DNA of 64,000 bases, from contig DUOO01000028.1 of NCBI GenBank assembly GCA_012838795.1, positions 2,324 through 66,323 of the forward strand, given 5' to 3'. The notes below the pieces were generated by a model. It worked only from the letters and a program-made list of their open reading frames with translations, was not told the origin of the DNA and ran no database searches. Source of the stretch: Clostridiaceae bacterium. Its GTDB lineage: Bacteria > Bacillota > Clostridia > Saccharofermentanales > DTU023. Below, piece after piece: positions 8,721 through 17,570 of the stretch (the stretch's first letter is position 1; each line of letters opens with the position of its first letter). The position numbers were made by a program, and so were the translations under genes.

Positions 8721-9950
8721 CTATGGATTACAGATCTTACAAGGTACATATCCTTGGTTAATTGCACTATTTCTATTGAAGATAGGTACTTTGTTGTTTG
8801 GATTCATTTCATCAACAGAACTGCAATAATAGTGATGAAACTTACCGGTATTTGAATTCCCGATATAGGGTGCAATTTCACATGGAGTTGTAGTAGGTTC
8901 GGTAGGCAAAGAATTTGTAGGTTGAACTAATGTTTGTGTGCCATTTTCTGTTATATATAAAGTATCGGCTGTTAACATGTTGTCGGGATCTTGATTAAAA
9001 GATAACCTTTTGCCATCTGAGGATATGACGATTGAATTTTGCATATCGGTTCTGTAGATATCAATATTATTAGCTCTTAATCTTTGTAAGACTTCAAAAT
9101 GAGGATAACCGAAAGAATTGTTATTTGCACAAGAAATGACTGCGTAATCGGGTGATACAACTTTAATGAATTGCTCCGTAGTGCTTGTATTAGATCCGTG
9201 ATGTGCTACTTTCAATACGTCAGCAGATATTTCTTGTTTGCTGTTAATAATTTCGGATTCTGAAATTGCTTCAATGTCTCCCGTAAAAAGAAAAGAATTT
9301 TCACCATGATATAACCTGATTACTATTGAATAATCATTTAGATTTTGATATGAATCGGAAACAGGTGCAATAATAGTGAAACCGGCATCTCCTATATCAT
9401 AGGAATTACCTGCATATGGTTGCAAAACTTGGGCTTCACTAAATGCTACAGATGTAAGAAATTTATCAAAGAAAACAGAAGTATGGGTTACATTCGGCAT
9501 AATTATTGTATCGATTTTGATATTGTTTATTATTTCAACTAGTCCGCCTATATGATCCTCATGCGGATGAGTTGCAATTACATAATTCAAATGAGTAATG
9601 TTATAGTCTTGCAAATATTTATAGCTGCCGTGAGCTTCCGATCCTCCGTCAATCAGCATATTATAGTCACCATTTTTAATTAATATACTATCGCCTTGTC
9701 CCACATCAAAAAAATGAACTTCTAATGTCTGAAAAAATTCTGATTCGATTTCATCTGCTGTAGTTGAAGAGGTTGAATCTTGTATTGTTTTCGATTTAGT
9801 ATCTTCTGGAGTATATTCTTTTTCAGTAAGAATTTTTGTTGTTTCAAAATTGGAAGATTCTGTTATTTCAGTACCGTCAACTTTTGAACACCCTATAAGC
9901 ATTAAAACTAATATATGAACAATTAATATTAATTTATAATATCTTTTCAT
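8721..9950 (-). CDS. Secreted lipoprotein, MBL-fold metallo-hydrolase (ComEC C-terminal-domain-like) with a C-terminal Cys/His zinc-ribbon-like tail
   Basis: Lipobox LMLIGC. MBL motif ATHPHEDHIGG, plus VAHHGS. The tail is KFHHYYCSS...PCKICNP. Confidence 0.75.
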   Translation of the reverse strand: MKRYYKLILIVHILVLMLIGCSKVDGTEITESSNFETTKILTEKEYTPEDTKSKTIQDSTSSTTADEIESEFFQTLEVHFFDVGQGDSILIKNGDYNMLIDGGSEAHGSYKYLQDYNITHLNYVIATHPHEDHIGGLVEIINNIKIDTIIMPNVTHTSVFFDKFLTSVAFSEAQVLQPYAGNSYDIGDAGFTIIAPVSDSYQNLNDYSIVIRLYHGENSFLFTGDIEAISESEIINSKQEISADVLKVAHHGSNTSTTEQFIKVVSPDYAVISCANNNSFGYPHFEVLQRLRANNIDIYRTDMQNSIVISSDGKRLSFNQDPDNMLTADTLYITENGTQTLVQPTNSLPTEPTTTPCEIAPYIGNSNTGKFHHYYCSSVDEMNPNNKVPIFNRNSAINQGYVPCKICNP

Positions 9951-10150
9951 GTAACCGGAAAGCTTTCAATAAATAATTAATATAGTTATTTTATCATGAA
10001 TATTATTTAACTTTCTAATTTATTATCAGTTTATGAAACTTTAAAATAATAATAATAATAACGAATTTGATTGAAAAAAATATGAAACATTATCATAATA
10101 TAATGAGTTATTTATCATTTCTCATTATTTCCCTGAAAGGAGGATTAGCT

Positions 10151-12256
10151 ATGAGTCAATTAATAATTATTCTCATTGTTTCATTTGTTGTAAGTATATT
10201 GGCTTTTGTTGTAGCATGGTTACTTTATCGTTGGTTGGTCGGTATTAAGGTTGAGAACAAACGAGCGTTGGAATTATCTAAGTTGATACATGACGGAGCT
10301 AACACTTTTCTTAAACGAGAATTTCGTTATTTGGCATATTTCTGTTTAGTAGTTGCCGGTCTGATTTTCCTGTTTCTCCCTAAACCGGTATGGCAAGGAA
10401 ATTTCCTGGATAATATATTGATGGCATTAGCCTATATTTCAGGTACAGTTTTTTCCGGACTAGCCGGTAAAATCGGTATGGAAGTTGCTACTCGAGCTAA
10501 TGTGCGTGCTGCCGAAGCTGCCGCTAAGCATGGGATCAGCTTGTCTTTTCTAAGCGGTTTCCGTGGTGGAGCTGTTATGGGGATGGCCGTTGTCGGTGCA
10601 AGCCTCTTAGGTGTATGTGGTATATACGCTCTGACCGGTGATACAATGAGTTTACTTGGATTTAGTTTCGGAGCGAGTTCAATGGCATTGTTTGCGAAAG
10701 CGGGAGGAGGTATCTTTACTAAAACTGCAGATATAAGTGCAGATTTAGTCGGTAAAGTAACTCTCGGATTGCCTGAGGATGATCCGCGTAATCCGGCTGT
10801 AATTGCTGATAATGTTGGTGATAACGTCGGCGATGTAGCAGGTATGGGTGCGGATTTATTTGACTCTAATGTTGCTGCTATGGCAGCTGCTTTGGTCATG
10901 GGAATATCACTTGACCAACATGCGGGGAATAATCTCAATGTTATGACGGTGTTCTGTTTTGCAACTGTCGGTTTATTAGCATCAATTATCGGTGTCGGTA
11001 CCGCTCGTTTAAAAGAAGGAGAGAATCCTACCCGTGTGCTGAATTTCAGTACCTATGTCACCACTGCCATATACCTTATCTTAACTGCCGGTTTGACGGC
11101 TTTGTTCAATTTTTCCTGGAGAGTTTGGGGTGCTGCGGCAGTTGGGTTGGCCGTTGGTCTGATAATTGGTCTGACAACCGATTACTTTACTAACGATGAG
11201 CGTCCGCCGGTTCGAACCGTAGCTAAAATGTCTGAATCCGGTCCGGCTTTTACTATTCTTTCCGGCATTTCATATTCCTTTATAAGTGTGCTTCCTGCTA
11301 TGCTTGGGATTGCCGTTGCTGCTTTATTGGCATACACATTATGTAGTCCTCTGGGAGATGGTTATGCAATGTACGGTATCGCTATGTCTGCGGTGGGCAT
11401 GTTATCAATTGTAGGTATGATTATTTCAAATGATGCTTACGGACCGATTGTCGATAATGCACGCGGTTTGGTTGAGATGGCTGATTTGGGAGATGATGCT
11501 TTAGAAATTACGGATGAATTAGACAGTGCCGGTAATACAGTAAAAGCTATTACAAAAGGATTTGCCATCGGTGCAGCCGGTTTGACTGTAATCTCCATGT
11601 TAGGTGCCTATATTACCGAGGTCAATGCAGCAGCTGTAGAACAGGGTATAACCAAAGCAGGTGAAAGTCTATTAGAAGGTTTTGATATTATCAATCCTTT
11701 AGTCTTTTTCGGTTTAATTGTCGGTGCTGCTGTACCGGCGGTCTTTTCTGCCATGTTAATGCGAGGAGTGGATCGTAATGCTGTACGGATGGTCGAAGAA
11801 ATTCATCGCCAGTTCGATGAAATTGAAGGGTTGAAAGAAGGCGCAGAAGGGGTTGTGCCTGAATATGATAAATGTATTTCTATTGCGACTAACGGAGCTT
11901 TACGAGAACTGATACCGGCAGGCTTATTTGCGATAATAGCAACTATTGTTGTAGGTTTTACAGGCGGAGTTTCAGCAATAGGCGGATTCTTGACCGGTAA
12001 TATTGTCAGCGGTTTATTGCTTTCACTATTTATGTCGAATGCAGGAGGTCTCTGGGATAATGCGAAAAAATATGTAGAGGCCGGTAATTGCGGAGGCAAA
12101 GGTTCTGATGCACATAAAGCGGCCGTTGTCGGTGATACGGTTGGAGATCCTTTCAAGGATACGGCTGGACCTTCAATCAATACTCAAATAACTGTTGTTT
12201 CCTTACTTTCTTCCTTGATGGCATCGATTTTTCTGGCATTTTCACTATTTAGTTAA
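10151..12256 (+). CDS. hppA: Membrane-integral H+-translocating pyrophosphatase, K+-independent type
   Basis: Motifs DNVGDNVGD, GDTVGDPFKDT and GNTVKAITKGFAIG, with about 16 TM helices. Start moved to the ATG at 10151, behind aggagg (track start 10067). Confidence 0.9.
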   Translation: MSQLIIILIVSFVVSILAFVVAWLLYRWLVGIKVENKRALELSKLIHDGANTFLKREFRYLAYFCLVVAGLIFLFLPKPVWQGNFLDNILMALAYISGTVFSGLAGKIGMEVATRANVRAAEAAAKHGISLSFLSGFRGGAVMGMAVVGASLLGVCGIYALTGDTMSLLGFSFGASSMALFAKAGGGIFTKTADISADLVGKVTLGLPEDDPRNPAVIADNVGDNVGDVAGMGADLFDSNVAAMAAALVMGISLDQHAGNNLNVMTVFCFATVGLLASIIGVGTARLKEGENPTRVLNFSTYVTTAIYLILTAGLTALFNFSWRVWGAAAVGLAVGLIIGLTTDYFTNDERPPVRTVAKMSESGPAFTILSGISYSFISVLPAMLGIAVAALLAYTLCSPLGDGYAMYGIAMSAVGMLSIVGMIISNDAYGPIVDNARGLVEMADLGDDALEITDELDSAGNTVKAITKGFAIGAAGLTVISMLGAYITEVNAAAVEQGITKAGESLLEGFDIINPLVFFGLIVGAAVPAVFSAMLMRGVDRNAVRMVEEIHRQFDEIEGLKEGAEGVVPEYDKCISIATNGALRELIPAGLFAIIATIVVGFTGGVSAIGGFLTGNIVSGLLLSLFMSNAGGLWDNAKKYVEAGNCGGKGSDAHKAAVVGDTVGDPFKDTAGPSINTQITVVSLLSSLMASIFLAFSLFS

Positions 12257-12273
12257 TGTAATTACTACGATTG

Positions 12274-12903
12274 TCAGAATGCAGAAAGAATATCTCGTAA
12301 ACGTTGTTTTGTATGCGGGTCATCCTGCCTCCGTTCAGCTACGCCCGGCATTGATACAGTTGCAGCTAAACCGTGAACCATTGACCACATTGCTAACAAG
12401 ATATTATGTTTTTGTTCTGCAGAGGTAGGAAATTTTCAAAAATTGATTCGGCTGAATGTTTTAGTACTGAAAAGGCGGGATTATCGTAATCAGAATTATC
12501 TAATAGTATAGCTTCGGTATGATTGCTTTGGCTGAATAAAATGGAAAAGTAATTTGGTTTTTTTAGAAAAAACAATATATAAGTAAGACCGAGTTCAATT
12601 ATCAGTGATTTGTTCCCTGAATAATTTTTCTCGGTCTCTTTAAGTTTTTCAGTTAATTCCGGAATAACATAATAATTAATTGCATGCAAAAATTCATTTT
12701 TATTTTTAAAATGAGCATACGGTGCAGCAGAACTGACACCACAATGTTTCGCTACTTCTCGCAGAGACAGCTTTTCTTCTCCATATTCTGCCAGTATACA
12801 TAAGCCTTGATGTAACAAAGCTTGAGGTAAATTTCCATGATGGTAGTTTTCTTTTGCTAAATTTACTCCCGATATCTTAGTTGTTTTTTTGATTATTCGA
12901 CAT
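12274..12903 (-). pseudogene. TetR/AcrR-family regulator disrupted by two frameshifts
   Basis: The ATG at 12903 gives MSNNQKNN then a stop. The adjacent frame continues TKISGVNLAKENYHHGNLPQALLHQG...LSLREVAKHCGVSSAAPYAHF (TetR HTH) to the stop at 12393. A third frame carries the C-terminus HNILLAMWSMVHGLA... to the stop at 12274. Confidence 0.75.
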
Positions 12904-13029
12904 ATTTTGCTTAAAATATTCCGGATCTGTTTATATTAGATAAATTCTAAAGATCTCTGTTAAAATCAAATCATTAAATAATAACTCATAAATAATTAAA
13001 ACATTCTTAAATTGAAAATATAATATTTT

Positions 13030-13899
13030 ATGATATATACTTTGAAAGACATCAACTGTCGGATATTTAGGAGGTTTGTTATAAAAAAATATTTAATTGT
13101 TTTATTGATTTTGGTCATAATTTTTTTATTGACTTTTTTTATCAAAGGGCTAAATAACTCATTAGTTGTAAGCAAATATAAAATGTTATCACCCAAAATT
13201 GTCAACTCTCTTAAAGTAGCTATTATTACTGATTTGCACAGTTGCTATTATGGTAAAAATCAAAATGATTTAATTCAAGCGATAGATTCCAATCAACCTG
13301 ATCTGGTGTTTTTTGTAGGTGATATTGTTGATGATAGAATGCCGGAAGATAATGCATATATCACTTTAGAAAAATTATCTTTAAAATATCCAGCCTATTA
13401 TGTAACAGGTAATCATGAAATCTATACAGGAAATTTTGAGGATATTAAACAAAGAATTAATGGTTTTGGCATTACGGTATTATCAGGTGAGCAGTCGGAA
13501 ATTGAAATTAATAATAACAAGTTAATTATTAAAGGTTTGGATGACCCGGAAGTCGGCAATATGGAATATAATAGACAATTAAAGGAAATTCATGATGGTG
13601 ATGAGAATATTTTTACTTTTTTATTAGCTCATCGACCGGAGCGTAATTACGATTATGATCAAATAAGACATGACTTGGTTTTAAGCGGGCATGCTCACGG
13701 CGGCCAATGGCGTATACCCAAAATTTTACCGGGAATTATTGCGCCGAATCAGGGTTTTTTCCCTCATTATACTTCCGGTTTTTATCAATTAAAGCATAGT
13801 ACGTTATTAGTCAGTCGTGGACTCAGTAAGGAAAACATATTTTTGCCCCGATTTTATAATCCGCCGGAGGTAATTATCTTAGAGTTGGCAGCAAGATAA
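13030..13899 (+). CDS. Membrane-anchored metallophosphoesterase (calcineurin-like, YkuE-type)
   Basis: Motifs TDLH, GDIVD, GNHE, LAHRP, GHAHGGQ. N-terminal TM. Start uncertain: the only strong SD (aggagg 13069-13074) lies inside the annotated ORF. Confidence 0.8.
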   Translation: MIYTLKDINCRIFRRFVIKKYLIVLLILVIIFLLTFFIKGLNNSLVVSKYKMLSPKIVNSLKVAIITDLHSCYYGKNQNDLIQAIDSNQPDLVFFVGDIVDDRMPEDNAYITLEKLSLKYPAYYVTGNHEIYTGNFEDIKQRINGFGITVLSGEQSEIEINNNKLIIKGLDDPEVGNMEYNRQLKEIHDGDENIFTFLLAHRPERNYDYDQIRHDLVLSGHAHGGQWRIPKILPGIIAPNQGFFPHYTSGFYQLKHSTLLVSRGLSKENIFLPRFYNPPEVIILELAAR

Positions 13900-13955
13900 T
13901 GGATATTTGAAATCAATGTTTTTAGCAGAATATTAACTTGTTTTGGAGGTTTTTT

Positions 13956-15425
13956 ATGAAAAGGACAATAGCATTTTGTTTAAGTTTATTTATGGTAATC
14001 TTGTCGTTTACATCTTGTGTAAACGGTAAAAAACATGATTCGAGAAAAGATAATGAAAGTAATCATGTAAATGAAAGTAATCATGTAAATGAAAGTAATC
14101 AATCAAGTACTATAAAAAGCGAACAGAAAAGCGGCAATAAATTTGAATATGTAGTATTAGTCAGCCCGGATTATCCGCAAATGGCTCAATATCCGGATGA
14201 AATGTCATTTTTTGATGAGAAAACCGGGGAATTTGATCAAGACGGATTTGATCAGGTTTACGAAGCATGGAATACTGATCGCACTCAGCAAATTTCCTAT
14301 CAAGAAAAATATTCCGGAGATTATTATAAATATTTTTCGAATACATCCAAGAGTATTTTAGCAGATCGAACTCAAAAAAATCCGGTTTATTCACCGTTAA
14401 GTTTATACATGGCTTTAGCCATGTTAGCCGAAACAACGGACGGTCAAAGCAGATCACAAATATTGAATTTATTGGAGACCGAAGATCTTGATAGTTCAAG
14501 ATCTGATGCAGAAGCAATTTGGCATAGTAATTATAGTCAAGATGGAGCATTGAATAGTGTGTTGGCAAATTCACTTTGGACAGATCGTAATTGTAATTAT
14601 CAAATCGATACAATTGAAACATTAGGTAAATATTATTATGCCTCAGCATTTCAGGGTGAAATGGGTTCTGAACAATATAATCAGCAATTGCATGATTGGA
14701 TTAATGCTCAAACCGGTAATTTGTTAACTGATCAAGCCGGTAAATTAGCTTTTGAACCGAATACGATTTTAGGTTTAGTTTCGACAGTTCTGTTCCAGGC
14801 AAAATGGGTAAATGAATTTTCTGAGTCCAATACTGAAAAGGCTGTTTTTCATGGCGTTGATCAGGATATAGAGATTGATTTTATGAATCACAGTGACAGC
14901 AATACATATTATTGGGCGGAAAATTTCGGCGCAATTAAATTACCCCTTGAATCCGGAGGCAATATGTGGTTTATGCTACCTGATCAAGGTGTTGAACCTT
15001 TAGATGTAATCGACAACGATCAGTTTTATCAGTTACTTGAAGATGATTCTTGGCAAGATCAAAAATTTCTAACAGTAAATTTCAGTGTACCTAAATTTGA
15101 TGTCAGTGCAGATTTTAATTTAAATCAATCGTTACAGAATCTCGGCATTAAAGATGTATTTACTCTGGACAAGGCTGATTTTACACCTTTACTTGCTAAT
15201 GATTCTGATCCGGCTTATTTGTCGACAGTAAAACAAGGAACTCGTGTTGCGATTGATGAAGAAGGAGTGACCGCTGCCAGTTTCACTGCAATGATGGCCT
15301 GTGGTGCTGCAATGCCACCGGAAGAAGAGCTTGATTTTGTTTTGGATCGCCCCTTTGTATTTGTAATAAACGGAATAAGTGGTTTACCGATATTTATCGG
15401 TATAGTGAATCAGGTTGGTATTTAA
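13956..15425 (+). CDS. Serpin-family protease inhibitor, lipoprotein-anchored
   Basis: Lipobox SFTSC. Serpin core YSPLSLYMALAMLAETTDG. Hinge and reactive-centre loop DEEGVTAASFTAMMACGAAMPP, followed by DRPFVFVI. Start at the ATG after ggagg (track start 13938). Confidence 0.85.
   Translation: MKRTIAFCLSLFMVILSFTSCVNGKKHDSRKDNESNHVNESNHVNESNQSSTIKSEQKSGNKFEYVVLVSPDYPQMAQYPDEMSFFDEKTGEFDQDGFDQVYEAWNTDRTQQISYQEKYSGDYYKYFSNTSKSILADRTQKNPVYSPLSLYMALAMLAETTDGQSRSQILNLLETEDLDSSRSDAEAIWHSNYSQDGALNSVLANSLWTDRNCNYQIDTIETLGKYYYASAFQGEMGSEQYNQQLHDWINAQTGNLLTDQAGKLAFEPNTILGLVSTVLFQAKWVNEFSESNTEKAVFHGVDQDIEIDFMNHSDSNTYYWAENFGAIKLPLESGGNMWFMLPDQGVEPLDVIDNDQFYQLLEDDSWQDQKFLTVNFSVPKFDVSADFNLNQSLQNLGIKDVFTLDKADFTPLLANDSDPAYLSTVKQGTRVAIDEEGVTAASFTAMMACGAAMPPEEELDFVLDRPFVFVINGISGLPIFIGIVNQVGI
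14052..14101 (+). repeat. 18-bp in-frame tandem repeat (aatgaaagtaatcatgta, about 2.8 copies) encoding NESNHV in the serpin linker
   Basis: Read directly: NESNHVNESNHVNESN immediately after the lipobox region. Confidence 0.9.
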
Positions 15426-15508
15426 AATCAAGTTGGATCTTAATCATTAATTTAATTGTTAATAATTATATTATTATAACAAATCAAGGTGACAACATTG
15501 TTGCTTTG

Positions 15509-15850
15509 TCAAAAAAGCCGGCTCTGCGGTCCGCATTCCTTTCAAAATCCCCAGGACCGTAATTATTGACACATCAGACCGGTTGTCAGATGACTCTGCG
15601 CCAAAAAAGCCGGTGCTGCGGATCGCTTTCCTTTCAAAATCCCCTGGACCGTAATTATTGGCACATCAGACCGGTTGTCAGATGACTCTACGTCAAAAAA
15701 GCCGGCTCTGCGGTCCGCATTCCTTTCAAAATCCCCAGGACCGTAATTATTGGCACATCAGACCGGTTGTCAGATGACTCTGCGTCAAAAAAGCCGGCTC
15801 TGCGGATCGCTTTCCTTTCAAAATCCCCTGGACCGTAATTATTGGCACAT
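15509..15850. repeat. 92-bp tandem repeat, about 3.7 copies, two alternating variants (184-bp higher-order unit); intergenic between the convergent serpin and metY genes
   Basis: The aaaaaagccgg landmark recurs at 15511, 15603, 15695 and 15787 (period 92). Units 1 and 3 match each other, as do units 2 and 4. No ORF covers it. Confidence 0.95.
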
Positions 15851-16006
15851 TGGATCTGTTTTCTGAAGTGTCAGTATCCAAATCTTCGGCTCTGTAAAAC
15901 TGAGTCTTTAATAAAACCTCAAAACTGTAGTTTTTGGCAGGCGTGACTTGGTTTATTGGAAGTTTAATGTTTGAGCTGTGACAAAATCTGATAAATATCA
16001 GTGATT

Positions 16007-17284
16007 TTATACTTGAGCTAAAGCTTGTTCGATGTCCGCAATAATATCGTCAACATTTTCAATTCCGATTGAAAGGCGAATCAGGTCGGGTTTTACACCG
16101 GCAGCTTCCAATTCTTCATCATTCATTTGACGATGTGTTGTTGAAGCGGGGTGCAATACACAAGTTCTGCAATCAGCAACATGGGTAACGACAGCGGCAA
16201 GTCGTAAGGAGTCCATGAATTTTGTAGCTCCTGCACGTCCATATTGTACACCGAAAATAATAACACCACTGGAACCGTTGGGTAAATATTTTTGAGCGAG
16301 TTGATAATCATCATCCTCTTTCAAATCCGGATATTTGATCCATGTTACTTTAGGGTTAGTTTTTAAATAATCCGCAACTTTACGGGCATTGGCACAATGT
16401 CTGGCCATACGCAAATGAAGAGTTTCCAAACCGATATTTAACAAGAATGAATTATGCGGTGAGGGGATTGATCCTAAATCACGCATTAAAGTGGTAACCA
16501 TTTTACCGATATATGCTGCCTTGCCAAATGTTTCAGTAAAAATTGTTCCATGGTATGTAATATTAGGTGTGGTAAGTTCGGGAAATTTATCGGTATTTTC
16601 CTGCCAGTTAAAATTACCACTGTCTACTATGGCACCACCGACTGAAGTAGCATGACCGTCCATATATTTGGTGGTAGAGTGTATGACGATATCGGCTCCC
16701 CATTCAATGGGGCGACAATTAATCGGAGTGGGAAAAGTGTTATCGACAATTAACGGAACACGATTTTCATGTGCCACTTCAGCAAAAAGTTCAATGTTTA
16801 AAACTTTTAATGCAGGATTAGCCAAGGTTTCACCGAAGACACATTTTGTCTTTGGAGTAAATGCAGCTCGAAGATCAGACTCGGAACAGTCAGGCTCAAC
16901 AAATGTCACGTCAATACCTAAATCTTTCATTGTGTGGGCGAGTAAATTATAACTTCCGCCATAAACGGCCGAAGAACTAACTACATGATCTCCTGCATTA
17001 CAAATATTTACAATCGAATAAAAAGTGGCAGCTTGGCCGGAAGAAGTCAACATTGCGGCAACTCCTCCTTCGAGATCGGCGATTTTATTTGCTACCGCAT
17101 CATTGGTAGGATTTTGTAATCGTGTATAGAAGTAATTACTTTCTTCCAGATCAAAACATTTTGCCATATCTTCACTTGAATCAAATTTAAATGTTGTTGA
17201 TTGAATAATAGGTAAAACTCGCGGTTCAGTATTATTAGGATTCCAACCGCTTTGAACACATTTTGTATCAATGTTGTAAGACAT
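16007..17284 (-). CDS. metY: O-acetylhomoserine sulfhydrylase / aminocarboxypropyltransferase (PLP-dependent)
   Basis: Cys/Met-metabolism PLP family: YTRLQNPT, the PLP-lysine motif HSTTKYMDGH, and LIRLSIGIE. RBS gaggtg. Confidence 0.85.
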   Translation of the reverse strand: MSYNIDTKCVQSGWNPNNTEPRVLPIIQSTTFKFDSSEDMAKCFDLEESNYFYTRLQNPTNDAVANKIADLEGGVAAMLTSSGQAATFYSIVNICNAGDHVVSSSAVYGGSYNLLAHTMKDLGIDVTFVEPDCSESDLRAAFTPKTKCVFGETLANPALKVLNIELFAEVAHENRVPLIVDNTFPTPINCRPIEWGADIVIHSTTKYMDGHATSVGGAIVDSGNFNWQENTDKFPELTTPNITYHGTIFTETFGKAAYIGKMVTTLMRDLGSIPSPHNSFLLNIGLETLHLRMARHCANARKVADYLKTNPKVTWIKYPDLKEDDDYQLAQKYLPNGSSGVIIFGVQYGRAGATKFMDSLRLAAVVTHVADCRTCVLHPASTTHRQMNDEELEAAGVKPDLIRLSIGIENVDDIIADIEQALAQV

Positions 17285-17525
17285 AATTCACCTCAAGTTG
17301 ATAAATTTAAAATATAATGGATATAAAATAACACATAATCACTATTTTGAAAAAATTATCAAAATATTTTATTCTGTTTTTTTATTCAAAATGATTAAAG
17401 CGAATAAATAACAGTTTAGCTGTTAACAAGAACGGAATTAAAGTCATGTTTTATTCTGAATTCTTATTTTTACAGATGTGACGCTAAGATCAGTCATTGA
17501 AAAAATGATAAGATTAATTATAAAG

Positions 17526-17534
17526 TGTTATAAT
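17526..17534 (+). promoter_or_regulatory. Extended -10 promoter element (TGtTATAAT) upstream of the topoisomerase B subunit gene
   Basis: Exact TGnTATAAT match 37 nt upstream of the ATG at 17571. Confidence 0.45.
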
Positions 17535-17570
17535 TTACAAGATTGCACGTTAAGCTAGAGAGGGGAATGA

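Noticed and set aside
10047-10062. (AAT)5 microsatellite upstream of hppA
   Set aside because: A short simple repeat is expected by chance in spacer DNA of roughly 15-20 percent GC, and it does not overlap a recognisable promoter element.
10432-12180. Antisense ORFs of 168 aa and 125 aa inside hppA
   Set aside because: These are Ala/Pro/Ser-rich shadow frames of a GC-richer, Gly/Ala-rich membrane protein gene. They have no RBS, and the sense strand encodes a full-length conserved PPase.
12996-13205. 69-aa minus-strand ORF overlapping the start of the metallophosphoesterase
   Set aside because: It is a low-complexity AT-rich frame (I/K/N/L) overlapping a gene with strong family motifs, and it has no RBS.
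15509-15850. Could the 92-bp repeat array be a CRISPR array?
   Set aside because: The whole 92-bp unit is repeated head-to-tail. There are no unique spacers between short repeats, no cas genes are in the window, and the period is too long.
17285-17570. S-box (SAM-I) riboswitch or Met T-box leader upstream of metY
   Set aside because: The reverse-complemented leader contains only short AT-only hairpins. There is no S-box core (gagggac...ggcaacc type) and no T-box sequence (aggtggtaccgcg type).
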